From positions 1,830,001-1,862,000 of the forward strand of contig NZ_CP066018.1 in assembly GCF_016127575.1 (NCBI RefSeq): a stretch of 32,000 nt of DNA. Reading direction: 5' to 3'. Every line of letters begins with the position of its first letter. Position 1 is the stretch's first letter. Source of the DNA: Cupriavidus necator. Lineage in GTDB: Bacteria > Pseudomonadota > Gammaproteobacteria > Burkholderiales > Burkholderiaceae. Below are positions 18,163-32,000 of the stretch, in pieces. Position numbers and translations under genes: made by a program. Below the pieces are notes generated by a model. The model did not search any database and was not told the origin of the DNA. It was given only the letters and a program-made list of their open reading frames with translations.

Positions 18163-18822
18163 ATGTCTACGAACACACTGCCTTCGGTCAACCTGCTGCC
18201 TTACCACGAAGCCCGCAAGGCAGCACGCCGCAAGAAGGTCTATACGATGCTGGCCGGTGCCGCGGTGGCTGGCGCTGCCGTGGTGCTGCTGGGCGGCTTC
18301 TATATCGACGGGCGCATCGCTTCGGTGGTCGCGCTCAACCAGGTATTGAGCACTGAGAACGCCAGGCTGGACGGGCAGATCCGCGAGGTCAACAGCCTGA
18401 AGAAGGACATCGACGCGCTGCTGCAGCGCCAGAAGGCGGTTGAAAGCCTGCAGACCGAGCGCAACCGCCCGGTGCAGCTGCTTGAGGAACTGGTGCGGCA
18501 GGTGCCGGAGGGCGTCTACCTGACCAGCCTGAAGCAGACCGGCGAGGCCTTCACCATCGCGGGCGTGGCGCAGTCCAACGAGCGCATTTCCGAGCTGCTG
18601 CGCAACCTGAGCGGGGTGGCCTGGCTGGACAAGGCCGAACTGGTCGAATCCAAGGCCGTCACCATGACCAACAACCTGCGCGAGCAGCGCCGCTTGTTCG
18701 ACTTCTCGATGCGCTTCGCGTACCGCGCGCCGGAAGCGGCGGCCGACGGCAAGAAGACCGTGCCGGGCGCCTCCGCACCCGCAGCCGCCCCAGTTCCCGC
18801 ACCCGCAGCCGGAAAGGCCTGA
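18163..18822 (+). CDS. pilN: Type IV pilus inner-membrane alignment protein PilN
   Basis: 219 aa. The N-terminal PilM-binding peptide is SVNLLPYHEARK, followed by one TM helix, a coiled coil, and an Ala/Pro-rich tail. GGAGG is at 18152-18156. Confidence 0.85.
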   Translation: MSTNTLPSVNLLPYHEARKAARRKKVYTMLAGAAVAGAAVVLLGGFYIDGRIASVVALNQVLSTENARLDGQIREVNSLKKDIDALLQRQKAVESLQTERNRPVQLLEELVRQVPEGVYLTSLKQTGEAFTIAGVAQSNERISELLRNLSGVAWLDKAELVESKAVTMTNNLREQRRLFDFSMRFAYRAPEAAADGKKTVPGASAPAAAPVPAPAAGKA

Positions 18823-18824
18823 CC

Positions 18825-19496
18825 ATGGCGCTCAATACTGAAATCAACCTGGCCGACCTGACCGGCCAGTTCCGCGGGCTCAACCTGAGCGAACCGGAGA
18901 CGTGGCCGGCCGCGCCGCGTGTGCTGTTCGCGGTGCTGGCCGCGGCCGTGGTGCTGGTGCTGGGCTGGCAGTTCTACTGGAGCGCCAGGTTCGACGAACT
19001 CGACCGCCAGCGCCAGGAGCAGGAAAGCCTGAAGCAGGCGTACCAGTCCAAGGTGGCGCAGGTGGCCAACCTGGACGCACTGCGCGAGCAGAAGAAGCAG
19101 GTGGAGCAGCGCGTGGCGCTGCTGGAGCGGCAGCTGCCCAACAAGGCCGAGATGGATGCACTGCTGGCCGACGTCAATCACGCCGGTGTCGCACGGGGGC
19201 TGCAGTTCGAGCTGTTCAAGCCGCAGGGGGCGGTGATCAAGCCCTACTTCGCCGAGATCCCGGTGAACCTGCGCGTGACCGGGCGCTACCACGAGGTGGC
19301 GCAGTTCAATGCCGACGTGGCGGCCCTCTCGCGGATCGTGTCGATGCAGAACCTGCAGCTGGCCAATACCAAGGAAGGCGGGATGTCGATGGAGGCGGTG
19401 GCGATGGCCTACCGCGCGCTCGACCCGGACGAGCAGGCCGCGCAGCGCAAGGCCGCGGCAGCCGCTGCGGCAGCCAAGGCAGGAGGTGCCAAGTGA
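18825..19496 (+). CDS. pilO: Type IV pilus inner-membrane alignment protein PilO
   Basis: 223 aa with a TM helix (VLFAVLAAAVVLVLGW), a coiled coil, and the conserved core FAEIPVNLRVTGRYHEVAQFNADVAALSRIVSM. The start lies 2 nt after the pilN stop. Confidence 0.85.
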   Translation: MALNTEINLADLTGQFRGLNLSEPETWPAAPRVLFAVLAAAVVLVLGWQFYWSARFDELDRQRQEQESLKQAYQSKVAQVANLDALREQKKQVEQRVALLERQLPNKAEMDALLADVNHAGVARGLQFELFKPQGAVIKPYFAEIPVNLRVTGRYHEVAQFNADVAALSRIVSMQNLQLANTKEGGMSMEAVAMAYRALDPDEQAAQRKAAAAAAAAKAGGAK

Positions 19497-20044
19497 GCCG
19501 CACCGCCCGTACCCGCAGCCTCGCCTGGACCACGGCGCCACGCACATTCGCGGCGGCGGCGCTGGCTGTCGGCCTGCTGGGCGCCTGCGGCGCCAGCGAT
19601 GAAGACGCCTTGCGCCAGTGGATGGATGCCACCCGCAGCGCGCGCGCCAAGCCGCCCGAGCCGCTGCCCGACGCCCGGCCCTATGTGCCGCGCGAGTACG
19701 CCGCAGCCAAGGCGCCCGAGCCGTTCGCGCAGGCCAAGATCGGCGAGCTGAACAAGACGCTCGCGGATTCGCCCGAAGCCGGGCGGCGCCGCGAGCCGCT
19801 GGAGGACTACCCGCTCGAGAACTTCAAGATGCTCGGGATGATGAAGAAGCACGGGGAGACCTTCGGCATCGTGCGGGTTGATAACAAGATCCACCATATC
19901 AAGGTGGGTCAGTATCTCGGCCAGAGCTATGGCCGGGTGGTCCGCATCACCGATCAGGAGATCGTGCTGCGCGAATTGGTCCGGGAGGGGGTATCAGAGT
20001 GGAAAGAGAAAATGACCAGCCTGAAGCTGGAGGTGGCGGCATGA
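19493..20044 (+). CDS. pilP: Type IV pilus lipoprotein PilP
   Basis: GTG at 19493 lies 6 nt after AGGAGG (19481-19486) and overlaps the pilO stop. The lipobox is LLGACG. The C-terminal beta-domain reads GIVRVDNKIHHIKVGQYLGQSYGRVVRITDQEIVLRE. The longer track ORF (from 18902) is an out-of-context run-on through pilO. Confidence 0.8.
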   Translation: MSRTARTRSLAWTTAPRTFAAAALAVGLLGACGASDEDALRQWMDATRSARAKPPEPLPDARPYVPREYAAAKAPEPFAQAKIGELNKTLADSPEAGRRREPLEDYPLENFKMLGMMKKHGETFGIVRVDNKIHHIKVGQYLGQSYGRVVRITDQEIVLRELVREGVSEWKEKMTSLKLEVAA

Positions 20045-22161
20045 CCCTCGCGCGCTGGTACCGTGCGCTCGCGGGCGCCGCAAGAATGGCGATGGCGCTG
20101 TTGCTGGTGATTGCCGCACCGGCCGCGCTGGCACAAAGCAACCGCATCAAGTCGGTTGACGTCAGCATGGTCGGGGAGCAGACCGTGTTCACGATCGAGC
20201 TCGAACGGCCGCTGGCGCAGAAGCCGGCGGACTTCACCACGCAGAACCCGGCACGGCTCGCGATCGATTTCTTCGATACCGGCTTTGCCAACCGGCGCGC
20301 GCAGTACGACTACGGCGGCAAGCTGGTCAAGTCAGCCAACGTGGTGCAGATCGGCGACCGTACCCGCGTGATCCTCGACCTCACGCGCAACGCCACCTAT
20401 CGCACCGACCAGCGCGGCAACTACTTCGTGGTGGCGCTGGATAACGTGGCGCCGGCGCTCAAGAACGCTGCGCCCACGTTTGCGCCGGCTGCGACGCCTG
20501 CGGCCGCGGCGGCGCGGCCGTCGGTGCGCAATGTCGACTTCCGCCGCGGTGCCGATGGCGCCGGGCGCGTGGTGGTGGACCTGTCCTCGCGCGACTCGGG
20601 CATCAACATCGCGCAGCAGGGCAAGAATATCGTGGTCGATTTCCTCGGCACCACGCTGCCTGACAACCTGCGGCGGCGTTTCGACGTCAGCGATTTCGGC
20701 ACGCCGGTGCAGGGCATGCACGCCTCGGACACCAACGGCAACGCGCGCCTGACGATCGAGCCGCGCGGCAACTGGGAATACAGCTCGTACCAGACCGATA
20801 CCCAGTTCGTGGTCGAGGTGCGCCCGGTCAAGGAAGACCCGACCAAGCTGATCAGTGGCCCGGGCTACCGCGGCGAGCGCCTGTCGCTGAACTTCCAGAA
20901 CATCGACATCCGCTCGCTGCTGCAGGTGTTTGCCGATTTCACCAACCTGAACATCATCACCAGCGAAAGCGTGCAGGGCAACCTGACGCTGCGCCTGAAG
21001 GATGTGCCGTGGGACCAGGCGCTGCAGATCGTGATGGATGCCAAGGGCCTGGCCTCGCGCCGCAACGGCAATGTGCTGTGGGTGGCGCCCAAGGCGGAGC
21101 TGCAGACCAAGGAGAAGCTGGAGCTGGAGTCGCAGCAGCAGATCAATGACCTGGAGCCGATCCGCAGCCAGGTGTTCCAGCTCAACTACCAGCGTGCCGA
21201 AGACGTGCGCAAGATGCTGCTCGGCATGGGGGCGGGCGGCGGTGCCGTGGCCGCCGTCAGTACTGCCGGGTCGGCGGGCGCCAGCGCGCGCATGCTGTCC
21301 AGGCGCGGTTCGCTGACGGCCGATGCGCGCACCAACCAGCTCTTCGTCTCGGATATCGCCAGCAAGCTGGAAGAGGTGCAGAACTTCATCGGCAAGATCG
21401 ACATCCCGGTGCGCCAGGTGATCATCGAGGCGCGCATCGTCGAGGCCACCGACTCGTTCAGCCGCAACCTGGGTGTGAAGCTGGGCTTTGCCGGGCAGTA
21501 CAACAACGCCCGCGTCGGCAACACGTACAACAACGTGCTGCCCGGGGCGACTTCCGACAACGGCCCGTTCCTGAGCCTGCCTGCCGGCGCCATCAACGGC
21601 ACCAACCCGGCCAATATCGCGGTCAGCCTGTTCAACAGCGCCGCCACCAAATTCCTGGCACTGGAGTTGTCGGCGCTGGAAGCGGATGGCAAGGGCAAGA
21701 TCATCTCCAGCCCGCGCGTGGTCACGGCCAACAACATCAAGGCGCTGATCGAGCAGGGTACCGAGCTGCCATACCAGGCGGCGACCTCCAGCGGTGCGAC
21801 CTCGGTGCAGTTCCGCAAGGCCAACCTGAAGCTGGAAGTGACGCCGCAGATCACGCCCGAAGGTAATGTGCTGCTCGATGTGGACGTGAACAAGGACAGC
21901 GTCGGCATCCAGACCACTTCCGGCTTTGCCATCGACACCAAGCACGTGCAGACCCAGGTGCTGGTCGAGAACGGCGGCACGGTGGTGATCGGCGGCATCT
22001 ACACCCAGACCGAGTCCAACGAAACCGACAAGGTGCCGCTGCTGGGTGATATCCCGGTGCTGGGCTACCTGTTCAAGAACAACGCCAAGGTGCGCAACCG
22101 CACCGAGCTGCTGGTGTTCCTGACCCCGCGCATCCTGAACGAGAGCGTGTCGCTCCGGTAG
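20041..22161 (+). CDS. pilQ: Type IV pilus secretin PilQ
   Basis: ATG at 20041 overlaps the pilP stop (ATGA). There is a signal peptide ...APAALAQ and two AMIN-like N-terminal repeats. The secretin core includes NVLWVAPK, RQVIIEARIVEA, VLVENGGTVVIGGIY and VPLLGDIPVLGYLFK. Confidence 0.95.
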   Translation: MTLARWYRALAGAARMAMALLLVIAAPAALAQSNRIKSVDVSMVGEQTVFTIELERPLAQKPADFTTQNPARLAIDFFDTGFANRRAQYDYGGKLVKSANVVQIGDRTRVILDLTRNATYRTDQRGNYFVVALDNVAPALKNAAPTFAPAATPAAAAARPSVRNVDFRRGADGAGRVVVDLSSRDSGINIAQQGKNIVVDFLGTTLPDNLRRRFDVSDFGTPVQGMHASDTNGNARLTIEPRGNWEYSSYQTDTQFVVEVRPVKEDPTKLISGPGYRGERLSLNFQNIDIRSLLQVFADFTNLNIITSESVQGNLTLRLKDVPWDQALQIVMDAKGLASRRNGNVLWVAPKAELQTKEKLELESQQQINDLEPIRSQVFQLNYQRAEDVRKMLLGMGAGGGAVAAVSTAGSAGASARMLSRRGSLTADARTNQLFVSDIASKLEEVQNFIGKIDIPVRQVIIEARIVEATDSFSRNLGVKLGFAGQYNNARVGNTYNNVLPGATSDNGPFLSLPAGAINGTNPANIAVSLFNSAATKFLALELSALEADGKGKIISSPRVVTANNIKALIEQGTELPYQAATSSGATSVQFRKANLKLEVTPQITPEGNVLLDVDVNKDSVGIQTTSGFAIDTKHVQTQVLVENGGTVVIGGIYTQTESNETDKVPLLGDIPVLGYLFKNNAKVRNRTELLVFLTPRILNESVSLR

Positions 22162-22202
22162 GGACATGGCGTCCGGAGGACGCCGGATACAGTAGACTGG
22201 CA

Positions 22203-22231
22203 GGCCGCATCGAGGGATGCGGCCTTTTTTT
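22203..22231 (+). terminator. Rho-independent terminator after pilQ
   Basis: GGCCGCAT (22203-22210) / ATGCGGCC (22217-22224) with loop CGAGGG, followed by T7 (22225-22231). Confidence 0.8.
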
Positions 22232-22324
22232 GCGCGCCGCGGGGGGCGGAGACGGCCCGGGACGGGCCAGCCATGTGGGCCATGCCGCATTCGCCACTTG
22301 CCGGCCGCGCCACAACATAAGAAG

Positions 22325-23065
22325 ATGATGCAGTTCCCAACCGGGGAGGACGGCCCGCATGCCGCGCTCCCGAACGACAGTCCAGTGACAGCCTCAGCGA
22401 CAGGCCCGGCGGCACAGCGCCAGGCCCAGGATCGGCGCGATGCCGATCGATCTGACTCCGAGCGACCGGAATCCGATCGACCCAACCTCTTTTTCGTCGG
22501 CCTGATGGGCGCCGGCAAGACCACCGTGGGCCGCACGGTGGCGCGGCGCCTGCACTATCCGTTTTTCGATTCCGACCATGAGCTGGAGGCCCACTGCGGC
22601 GTGCGCATCCCGGTGATCTTCGAGGTCGAGGGCGAAGCCGGCTTCCGCGACCGCGAGGCCGCGATGATCCGCGAGCTGGCCGCGCGCCAGGGCATTGTGC
22701 TGGCCACCGGCGGCGGCGCCGTGCTGCGCGCCGAGAACCGCGAGGTGCTGAAGGCCCGCGGCACGGTCGTGTACCTGCGCGCCAGCCCGCACGACCTGTG
22801 GCTGCGCACCCGCCACGACCGCAACCGGCCGCTGCTGCAGACCGAGGACCCCAAGGGCAAGCTCGAGGCGCTCTATGCCGAGCGCGACCCGCTCTACCGC
22901 GAGGTTGCCGACTTCATCATCGAAACCGGCAAGCCCTCGGTGGCGCAGCTTGCTAATATGGTGTTGATGCAACTTGAAATGGCCGGTTTCCCGATCGATC
23001 CCCCGCAGCCGGCCTCCGTGCCGCCGGAAGCGTCGGAGCCGCCGGCGCAGGACCCCAATCCATGA
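22325..23065 (+). CDS. aroK: Shikimate kinase with N- and C-terminal low-complexity extensions
   Basis: Walker [18 protein letters not shown] and a core running through ...RPLL...[17 protein letters not shown]. The first in-frame ATGs downstream of the pilQ terminator are 22325/22328, and GTG at 22385 is also possible. The track start at 22217 lies inside the terminator hairpin. The stop overlaps the aroB ATG (ATGA). Confidence 0.85.
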   Translation: MMQFPTGEDGPHAALPNDSPVTASATGPAAQRQAQDRRDADRSDSERPESDRPNLFFVGLMGAGKTTVGRTVARRLHYPFFDSDHELEAHCGVRIPVIFEVEGEAGFRDREAAMIRELAARQGIVLATGGGAVLRAENREVLKARGTVVYLRASPHDLWLRTRHDRNRPLLQTEDPKGKLEALYAERDPLYREVADFIIETGKPSVAQLANMVLMQLEMAGFPIDPPQPASVPPEASEPPAQDPNP

Positions 23066-24168
23066 TTACGCTTGAAGTCGACCTGGGCGAGCGCAGCTAC
23101 CCCATCCATATCGGCACCGGCCTGCTGGACAACGCCGAACTGCTGCGCCCGCATGTACGCGGCCAGCACGCCGTCATCGTCACCAACGAAACCGTCGGCC
23201 CGCTCTACGCGGCGCGGGTGGAGGCGGCCCTGGCCGCGCTCGGCAAGACCGTGCGCACCGTCACGCTGCCCGACGGCGAAGCCTTCAAGCACTGGGAAAC
23301 GCTGAACCGGATCTTCGACGCGCTGCTGCAGGCCGGCGCCGACCGCAAGACCACGCTGGTCGCGCTGGGCGGCGGCGTGGTGGGCGACATGACCGGGTTT
23401 GCCGCGGCCTGCTACATGCGCGGCGTGCCCTTTATCCAGATGCCGACCACGCTGCTGGCGCAGGTGGATTCGTCGGTGGGCGGCAAGACCGGCATCAACC
23501 ACCCGCTCGGCAAGAACATGATCGGCGCGTTCCACCAGCCCAACGCGGTGATTGCCGACATCGACACGCTGCGCACGCTGCCCGCGCGCGAGCTGGCCGC
23601 CGGCATGGCCGAGGTCATCAAGCACGGCGCCATCGCCGATGCCGAGTACTTCGGCTGGATCGAGCGCAACATCAAGCCGCTGAATGCCTGCGACCCCGAC
23701 CTGATGGCGCTCGCCGTGCAGCGCTCCTGCGAGATCAAGGCCGGCGTGGTGGCCCAGGACGAGCGCGAGGGCGGCCTGCGCGCCATTCTCAATTTCGGCC
23801 ACACCTTCGGCCATGCGATCGAGGCCGGCATGGGCTACGGCGCCTGGCTGCACGGCGAGGCCGTCGGCTGCGGCATGGTGATGGCCGCGGACCTGTCGCA
23901 CCGGCTGGGCTTTATCGACACCGAGACCCGCGCCCGCATCCGCGAGCTGACGCAGGCCGCCAACCTGCCCGTGGTGGCGCCGGAACTCGGTGCCGACCGC
24001 TATATCGAACTGATGAAGGTCGACAAGAAGGCCGAGGCGGGCAGCATCAAGTTCATCCTGCTGAAGCAGCTCGGCGAAGCGTTCATCACCACCGTGCCGG
24101 ACGCTGACCTGCGCGCCACGCTCGCGCACGCCGTGCTCAAACCACCCACCGAGGCCCCGGTCGCCTGA
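23062..24168 (+). CDS. aroB: 3-dehydroquinate synthase
   Basis: 368 aa with NAD and metal-binding motifs ([39 protein letters not shown]). Confidence 0.95.
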   Translation: MITLEVDLGERSYPIHIGTGLLDNAELLRPHVRGQHAVIVTNETVGPLYAARVEAALAALGKTVRTVTLPDGEAFKHWETLNRIFDALLQAGADRKTTLVALGGGVVGDMTGFAAACYMRGVPFIQMPTTLLAQVDSSVGGKTGINHPLGKNMIGAFHQPNAVIADIDTLRTLPARELAAGMAEVIKHGAIADAEYFGWIERNIKPLNACDPDLMALAVQRSCEIKAGVVAQDEREGGLRAILNFGHTFGHAIEAGMGYGAWLHGEAVGCGMVMAADLSHRLGFIDTETRARIRELTQAANLPVVAPELGADRYIELMKVDKKAEAGSIKFILLKQLGEAFITTVPDADLRATLAHAVLKPPTEAPVA

Positions 24169-24216
24169 CCGATCGGTTATGCCTCGCCACCCCGCCCCAG
24201 CCACCGGACGCGCCGC

Positions 24217-25353
24217 ATGACCGACTTTGAAAGCCATCTCGCCCCTTACGCCGCCCGCTCTGCGCAGACGCGCGGGCGGGTGCATGCAGAACCCGCATCG
24301 CTGTCGCGCAGCGAATTCCAGCGCGACCGCGACCGGGTCATCCACAGCACGGCGTTCCGGCGGCTCGAGTACAAGACCCAGGTCTTCGTCAACCATGAAG
24401 GGGACCTGTTCCGCACCCGGCTGACCCACAGCCTGGAGGTGGCGCAGATCGCCCGCTCGATCGCGCGCAACCTGCGCCTCAATGAAGACCTGGTCGAGGC
24501 GATCTCGCTGGCGCACGACCTGGGGCACACCCCCTTTGGCCACGCCGGGCAGGATGCGCTCAATACCTGCATGAAGAACCACGGCGGCTTCGAGCACAAC
24601 CTGCAGAGCCTGCTGGTGGTGGACGAGCTGGAAGAGCGCTACGGCGGCTTCAACGGGCTGAACCTGACCTTCGAGACGCGCGAGGGCATCCTCAAGCATT
24701 GCTCGCGGGTCAATGCCTCGGCGCTGGGCGAGCTGGGCCGGCGCTTCCTGGAGGGCACGCAGCCGTCGCTGGAGGCGCAGCTGGCCAACCTGGCCGACGA
24801 GATCGCCTACAACAATCACGATATCGACGACGGCCTGCGCTCGGGGCTGCTGACGCTGGAGCAGCTCGACGAGGTGCCGATGTGGGCCCGCCACCGCGCC
24901 GAGGTGGCCGAGGTCTTCCCTGGCGTCAACGGCCGGCGCGCGATCAACGAGACGGTCCGGCGCATGATCAATACGCTGATCGTCGACCTGATCGAGACCA
25001 CCAGCAGCAATATCGCCGCAGCCAATCCGCGCAATATCGACGCGGTGCGCGCCGCCGGCCCGCTGGTCGGCTTCAGCCCGCAGATGCATGAAGAAGCGGC
25101 CGAACTCAAGCGCTTCCTGTTCCGGCACCTGTACCGGCACTACCTGGTGATGCGCATGTCGGCCAAGGCGCAGCGCATTGTCGGCGACCTGTTCCAGGCC
25201 TTTATGTCCGATCCGCGCCTGCTGCCGCCGCAGTACCAGGCCAGCCATGGCGGCGACCAGTCGCGTCTGATTGCCCACTACATCGCGGGCATGACCGACC
25301 GCTACGCGATCCGCGAGCACCGCCGCATCTTCGCGGTCAGCGAAGGCAACTGA
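24217..25353 (+). CDS. dgt: dGTP triphosphohydrolase-like HD-domain protein (Dgt family, type 2)
   Basis: 378 aa with [24 protein letters not shown], the HD motif [13 protein letters not shown]...[12 protein letters not shown], and the C-terminal AGMTDRYA. Confidence 0.85.
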   Translation: MTDFESHLAPYAARSAQTRGRVHAEPASLSRSEFQRDRDRVIHSTAFRRLEYKTQVFVNHEGDLFRTRLTHSLEVAQIARSIARNLRLNEDLVEAISLAHDLGHTPFGHAGQDALNTCMKNHGGFEHNLQSLLVVDELEERYGGFNGLNLTFETREGILKHCSRVNASALGELGRRFLEGTQPSLEAQLANLADEIAYNNHDIDDGLRSGLLTLEQLDEVPMWARHRAEVAEVFPGVNGRRAINETVRRMINTLIVDLIETTSSNIAAANPRNIDAVRAAGPLVGFSPQMHEEAAELKRFLFRHLYRHYLVMRMSAKAQRIVGDLFQAFMSDPRLLPPQYQASHGGDQSRLIAHYIAGMTDRYAIREHRRIFAVSEGN

Positions 25354-25454
25354 CGGCCGCGTTCCGGCTGGCCCTCCAATCGGCGCGCCAGCCTGCCGCA
25401 TAAGTGGGGACGGATCAGGCTATGATGCGGGCATCAATGCTCGCATGACCTGTC

Positions 25455-26180
25455 ATGGCACGCCTTCCCCGCTTTTCCCCCGCCGGTCTGCCCGCCCTGG
25501 TGTTGCAGCGCGGCAACAACCGCCAGCCCGTATTCCTGGGGCCGGACGACTACCTGCACTACCTCGACTGCCTGCGCATGGCCGCGCGCGAGCATGACCT
25601 TGCCGTCCACGCCTACGCGCTGCGGCCTAACCACGTGCACCTGGTGGCCACACCCAAGGAGTCAGACTCGCTGAGCCTGACCATGCAGGCGGTGGGGCGG
25701 CGCTATGCGCGCTACTTCAACCGGGTGGCCAGCCGCACCGGCACGCTGTGGGAAGGGCGCTTCCGTTCCGCGGTGTTCGATCCGGCCCGGTGGATGCTGC
25801 CGGCGATGCTCTATGTCGAGGGCAACGCGCTGCGCGCGGGCGAGGTCAGCGCCCCCGAGGGTGACCGCTGGAGCAGCTACCACCATCACGCCGGCATCGA
25901 GGCCAGCCCGTTTGTGAGCGACCACTCCGCGTACTGGGAGCTGGGCAATACGCCGTTCGAGCGCCAGTCGAACTACCGGATGCTGACCGCCGAGGGCCTG
26001 GCGGGCAAGACCCTGGAAACCCTGCGCGCCCATGCCCACAGCGGCTGGCCGCTTGGCGACGAAGCGTTCCTGGCCCAATTGGAGCGGCACGCAACCCGGC
26101 GCGTGCAACCGCTGCCGAAAGGGCGCCCCAAAAAGGTGCAAACGGCACCGTTGAATGCGTCAGAGCCGTCGCATAATTAA
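25455..26180 (+). CDS. REP-associated tyrosine transposase-like protein (RayT/TnpA_REP, IS200/IS605-type Y1 HUH fold), solo copy
   Basis: 241 aa. The HUH motif is NHVHLV (His60/His62, nt 25632-25640). It also has GRRYARYFN...GTLWEGRFRS. The catalytic-Tyr helix reads MLYVEGNALRAG (Tyr120, nt 25812-25814). A basic C-terminal tail reads PKGRPKK. There is no tnpB partner, and its GC content looks like that of its neighbours. Confidence 0.8.
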   Translation: MARLPRFSPAGLPALVLQRGNNRQPVFLGPDDYLHYLDCLRMAAREHDLAVHAYALRPNHVHLVATPKESDSLSLTMQAVGRRYARYFNRVASRTGTLWEGRFRSAVFDPARWMLPAMLYVEGNALRAGEVSAPEGDRWSSYHHHAGIEASPFVSDHSAYWELGNTPFERQSNYRMLTAEGLAGKTLETLRAHAHSGWPLGDEAFLAQLERHATRRVQPLPKGRPKKVQTAPLNASEPSHN

Positions 26181-26182
26181 TG

Positions 26183-26245
26183 TGTCCCCATTTAAATGGA
26201 TCACCGAAACGGTGCGCAACTTAATATGATCTGACCCCATTTAAA
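26183..26245 (+). repeat. Two direct copies of the 14-mer TG(T/A)CCCCATTTAAA spaced 49 bp apart; the first contains the perfect palindrome CCATTTAAATGG
   Basis: Copy 1 is at 26183-26196 and copy 2 at 26232-26245 (13/14 identical). The palindrome is at 26188-26199. A partial third copy GTCCCCATTTT is at 26347-26357. This is the most AT-rich stretch I saw in the window. Confidence 0.5.
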
Positions 26246-26249
26246 AATT

Positions 26250-26278
26250 TTGCGAGGCGAACGCGATTCCCATATAGT
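26250..26278 (+). promoter_or_regulatory. Candidate sigma70 promoter for gltBD (TTGCGA-N17-TATAGT)
   Basis: The -35 is TTGCGA at 26250-26255, followed by an exact 17-nt spacer and the -10 TATAGT at 26273-26278. An A/T-rich UP-like tract (CATTTAAAAATT, which is repeat copy 2) abuts the -35. This is pattern match only. Confidence 0.4.
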
Positions 26279-26468
26279 TGCTCCACCCACAGTCATTGTG
26301 CGGCGCGTCACGCTCGTGTACGCCGCTGCGGCCCGCTGACAGCTTCGTCCCCATTTTCCGTCCCGCCGGTTTCCGGTTTGGGTGGAGGAATAAAGAAAAC
26401 GAGAAAGCGCGCGGTCCCCGTTCCGGTACGCCCAGCCAGTTCGCGCAGCCTTCACCGGAATTCAGCCC

Positions 26469-31274
<4,806 letters not shown>

Positions 31275-31299
31275 GCGAGCGCAACGCAACCACGCAGAG

Positions 31300-31323
31300 G
31301 GGCCGCGGCAGCCGCCGCGGCCC
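31300..31323 (+). other. Perfect 10-bp GC stem-loop in the gltB-gltD intercistronic spacer
   Basis: GGGCCGCGGC (31300-31309) / GCCGCGGCCC (31314-31323) with loop AGCC. It lies 26 nt after the gltB stop and 72 nt before the gltD ATG, and there is no T-run. Confidence 0.6.
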
Positions 31324-31394
31324 TGACAAGATTCTGACCCCACCGCAGGGCTGGCGACGCCGCCGGTCCCGCGCAGCATGACCAAGGACGCAAC

Positions 31395-32000
<606 letters not shown>

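Noticed and set aside
22217-22324. Longer aroK start at 22217 from the ORF track.
   Set aside because: This start lies inside the pilQ terminator hairpin and T-run (22203-22231), and the added residues ([15 protein letters not shown]...) look like non-coding GC-rich sequence.

Overview
Visibly GC-rich chromosomal core segment. Gene content and order look typical of Burkholderiaceae (Cupriavidus/Ralstonia-like); this taxonomic call is inferred from protein motifs and synteny, not from a search. I support 27 protein-coding genes. In order they are: dsbD 3' end; a minus-strand string engB-hemB-corA-like; a cytochrome c4 gene followed by the System II cytochrome c maturation pair resB/ccsA; a lipoprotein-ECF sigma-anti-sigma operon directly followed by msrPQ; lysA with a small LptM-like lipoprotein, divergent from cyaY; mrcA (PBP1A) divergent from pilMNOPQ; aroK-aroB; a dGTPase-like HD protein; a solo RayT-like HUH tyrosine transposase; and gltB-gltD, with gltD running off the 3' edge and absent from the supplied ORF track. 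I saw no rRNA, tRNA, CRISPR array, prophage or obvious defence/accessory island, and most of the window is ordinary housekeeping DNA. The long ORFs antisense to real genes are GC-composition artefacts. Five observations seem worth a second look. (1) A strong intrinsic terminator points against a co-directional gene string between engB and hemB, suggesting a small or antisense RNA. (2) The PF03640-like lipoprotein / ECF sigma / cysteine-free anti-sigma module sits next to msrPQ. (3) The solo RayT-like gene is bracketed by a weak inverted repeat. (4) An AT-rich island with a duplicated 14-mer and a perfect palindrome lies upstream of a good sigma70-like gltB promoter. (5) A perfect 10-bp GC hairpin sits between gltB and gltD. 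None of these is proven, and I do not see compelling evidence for a wholly new multi-gene system here.
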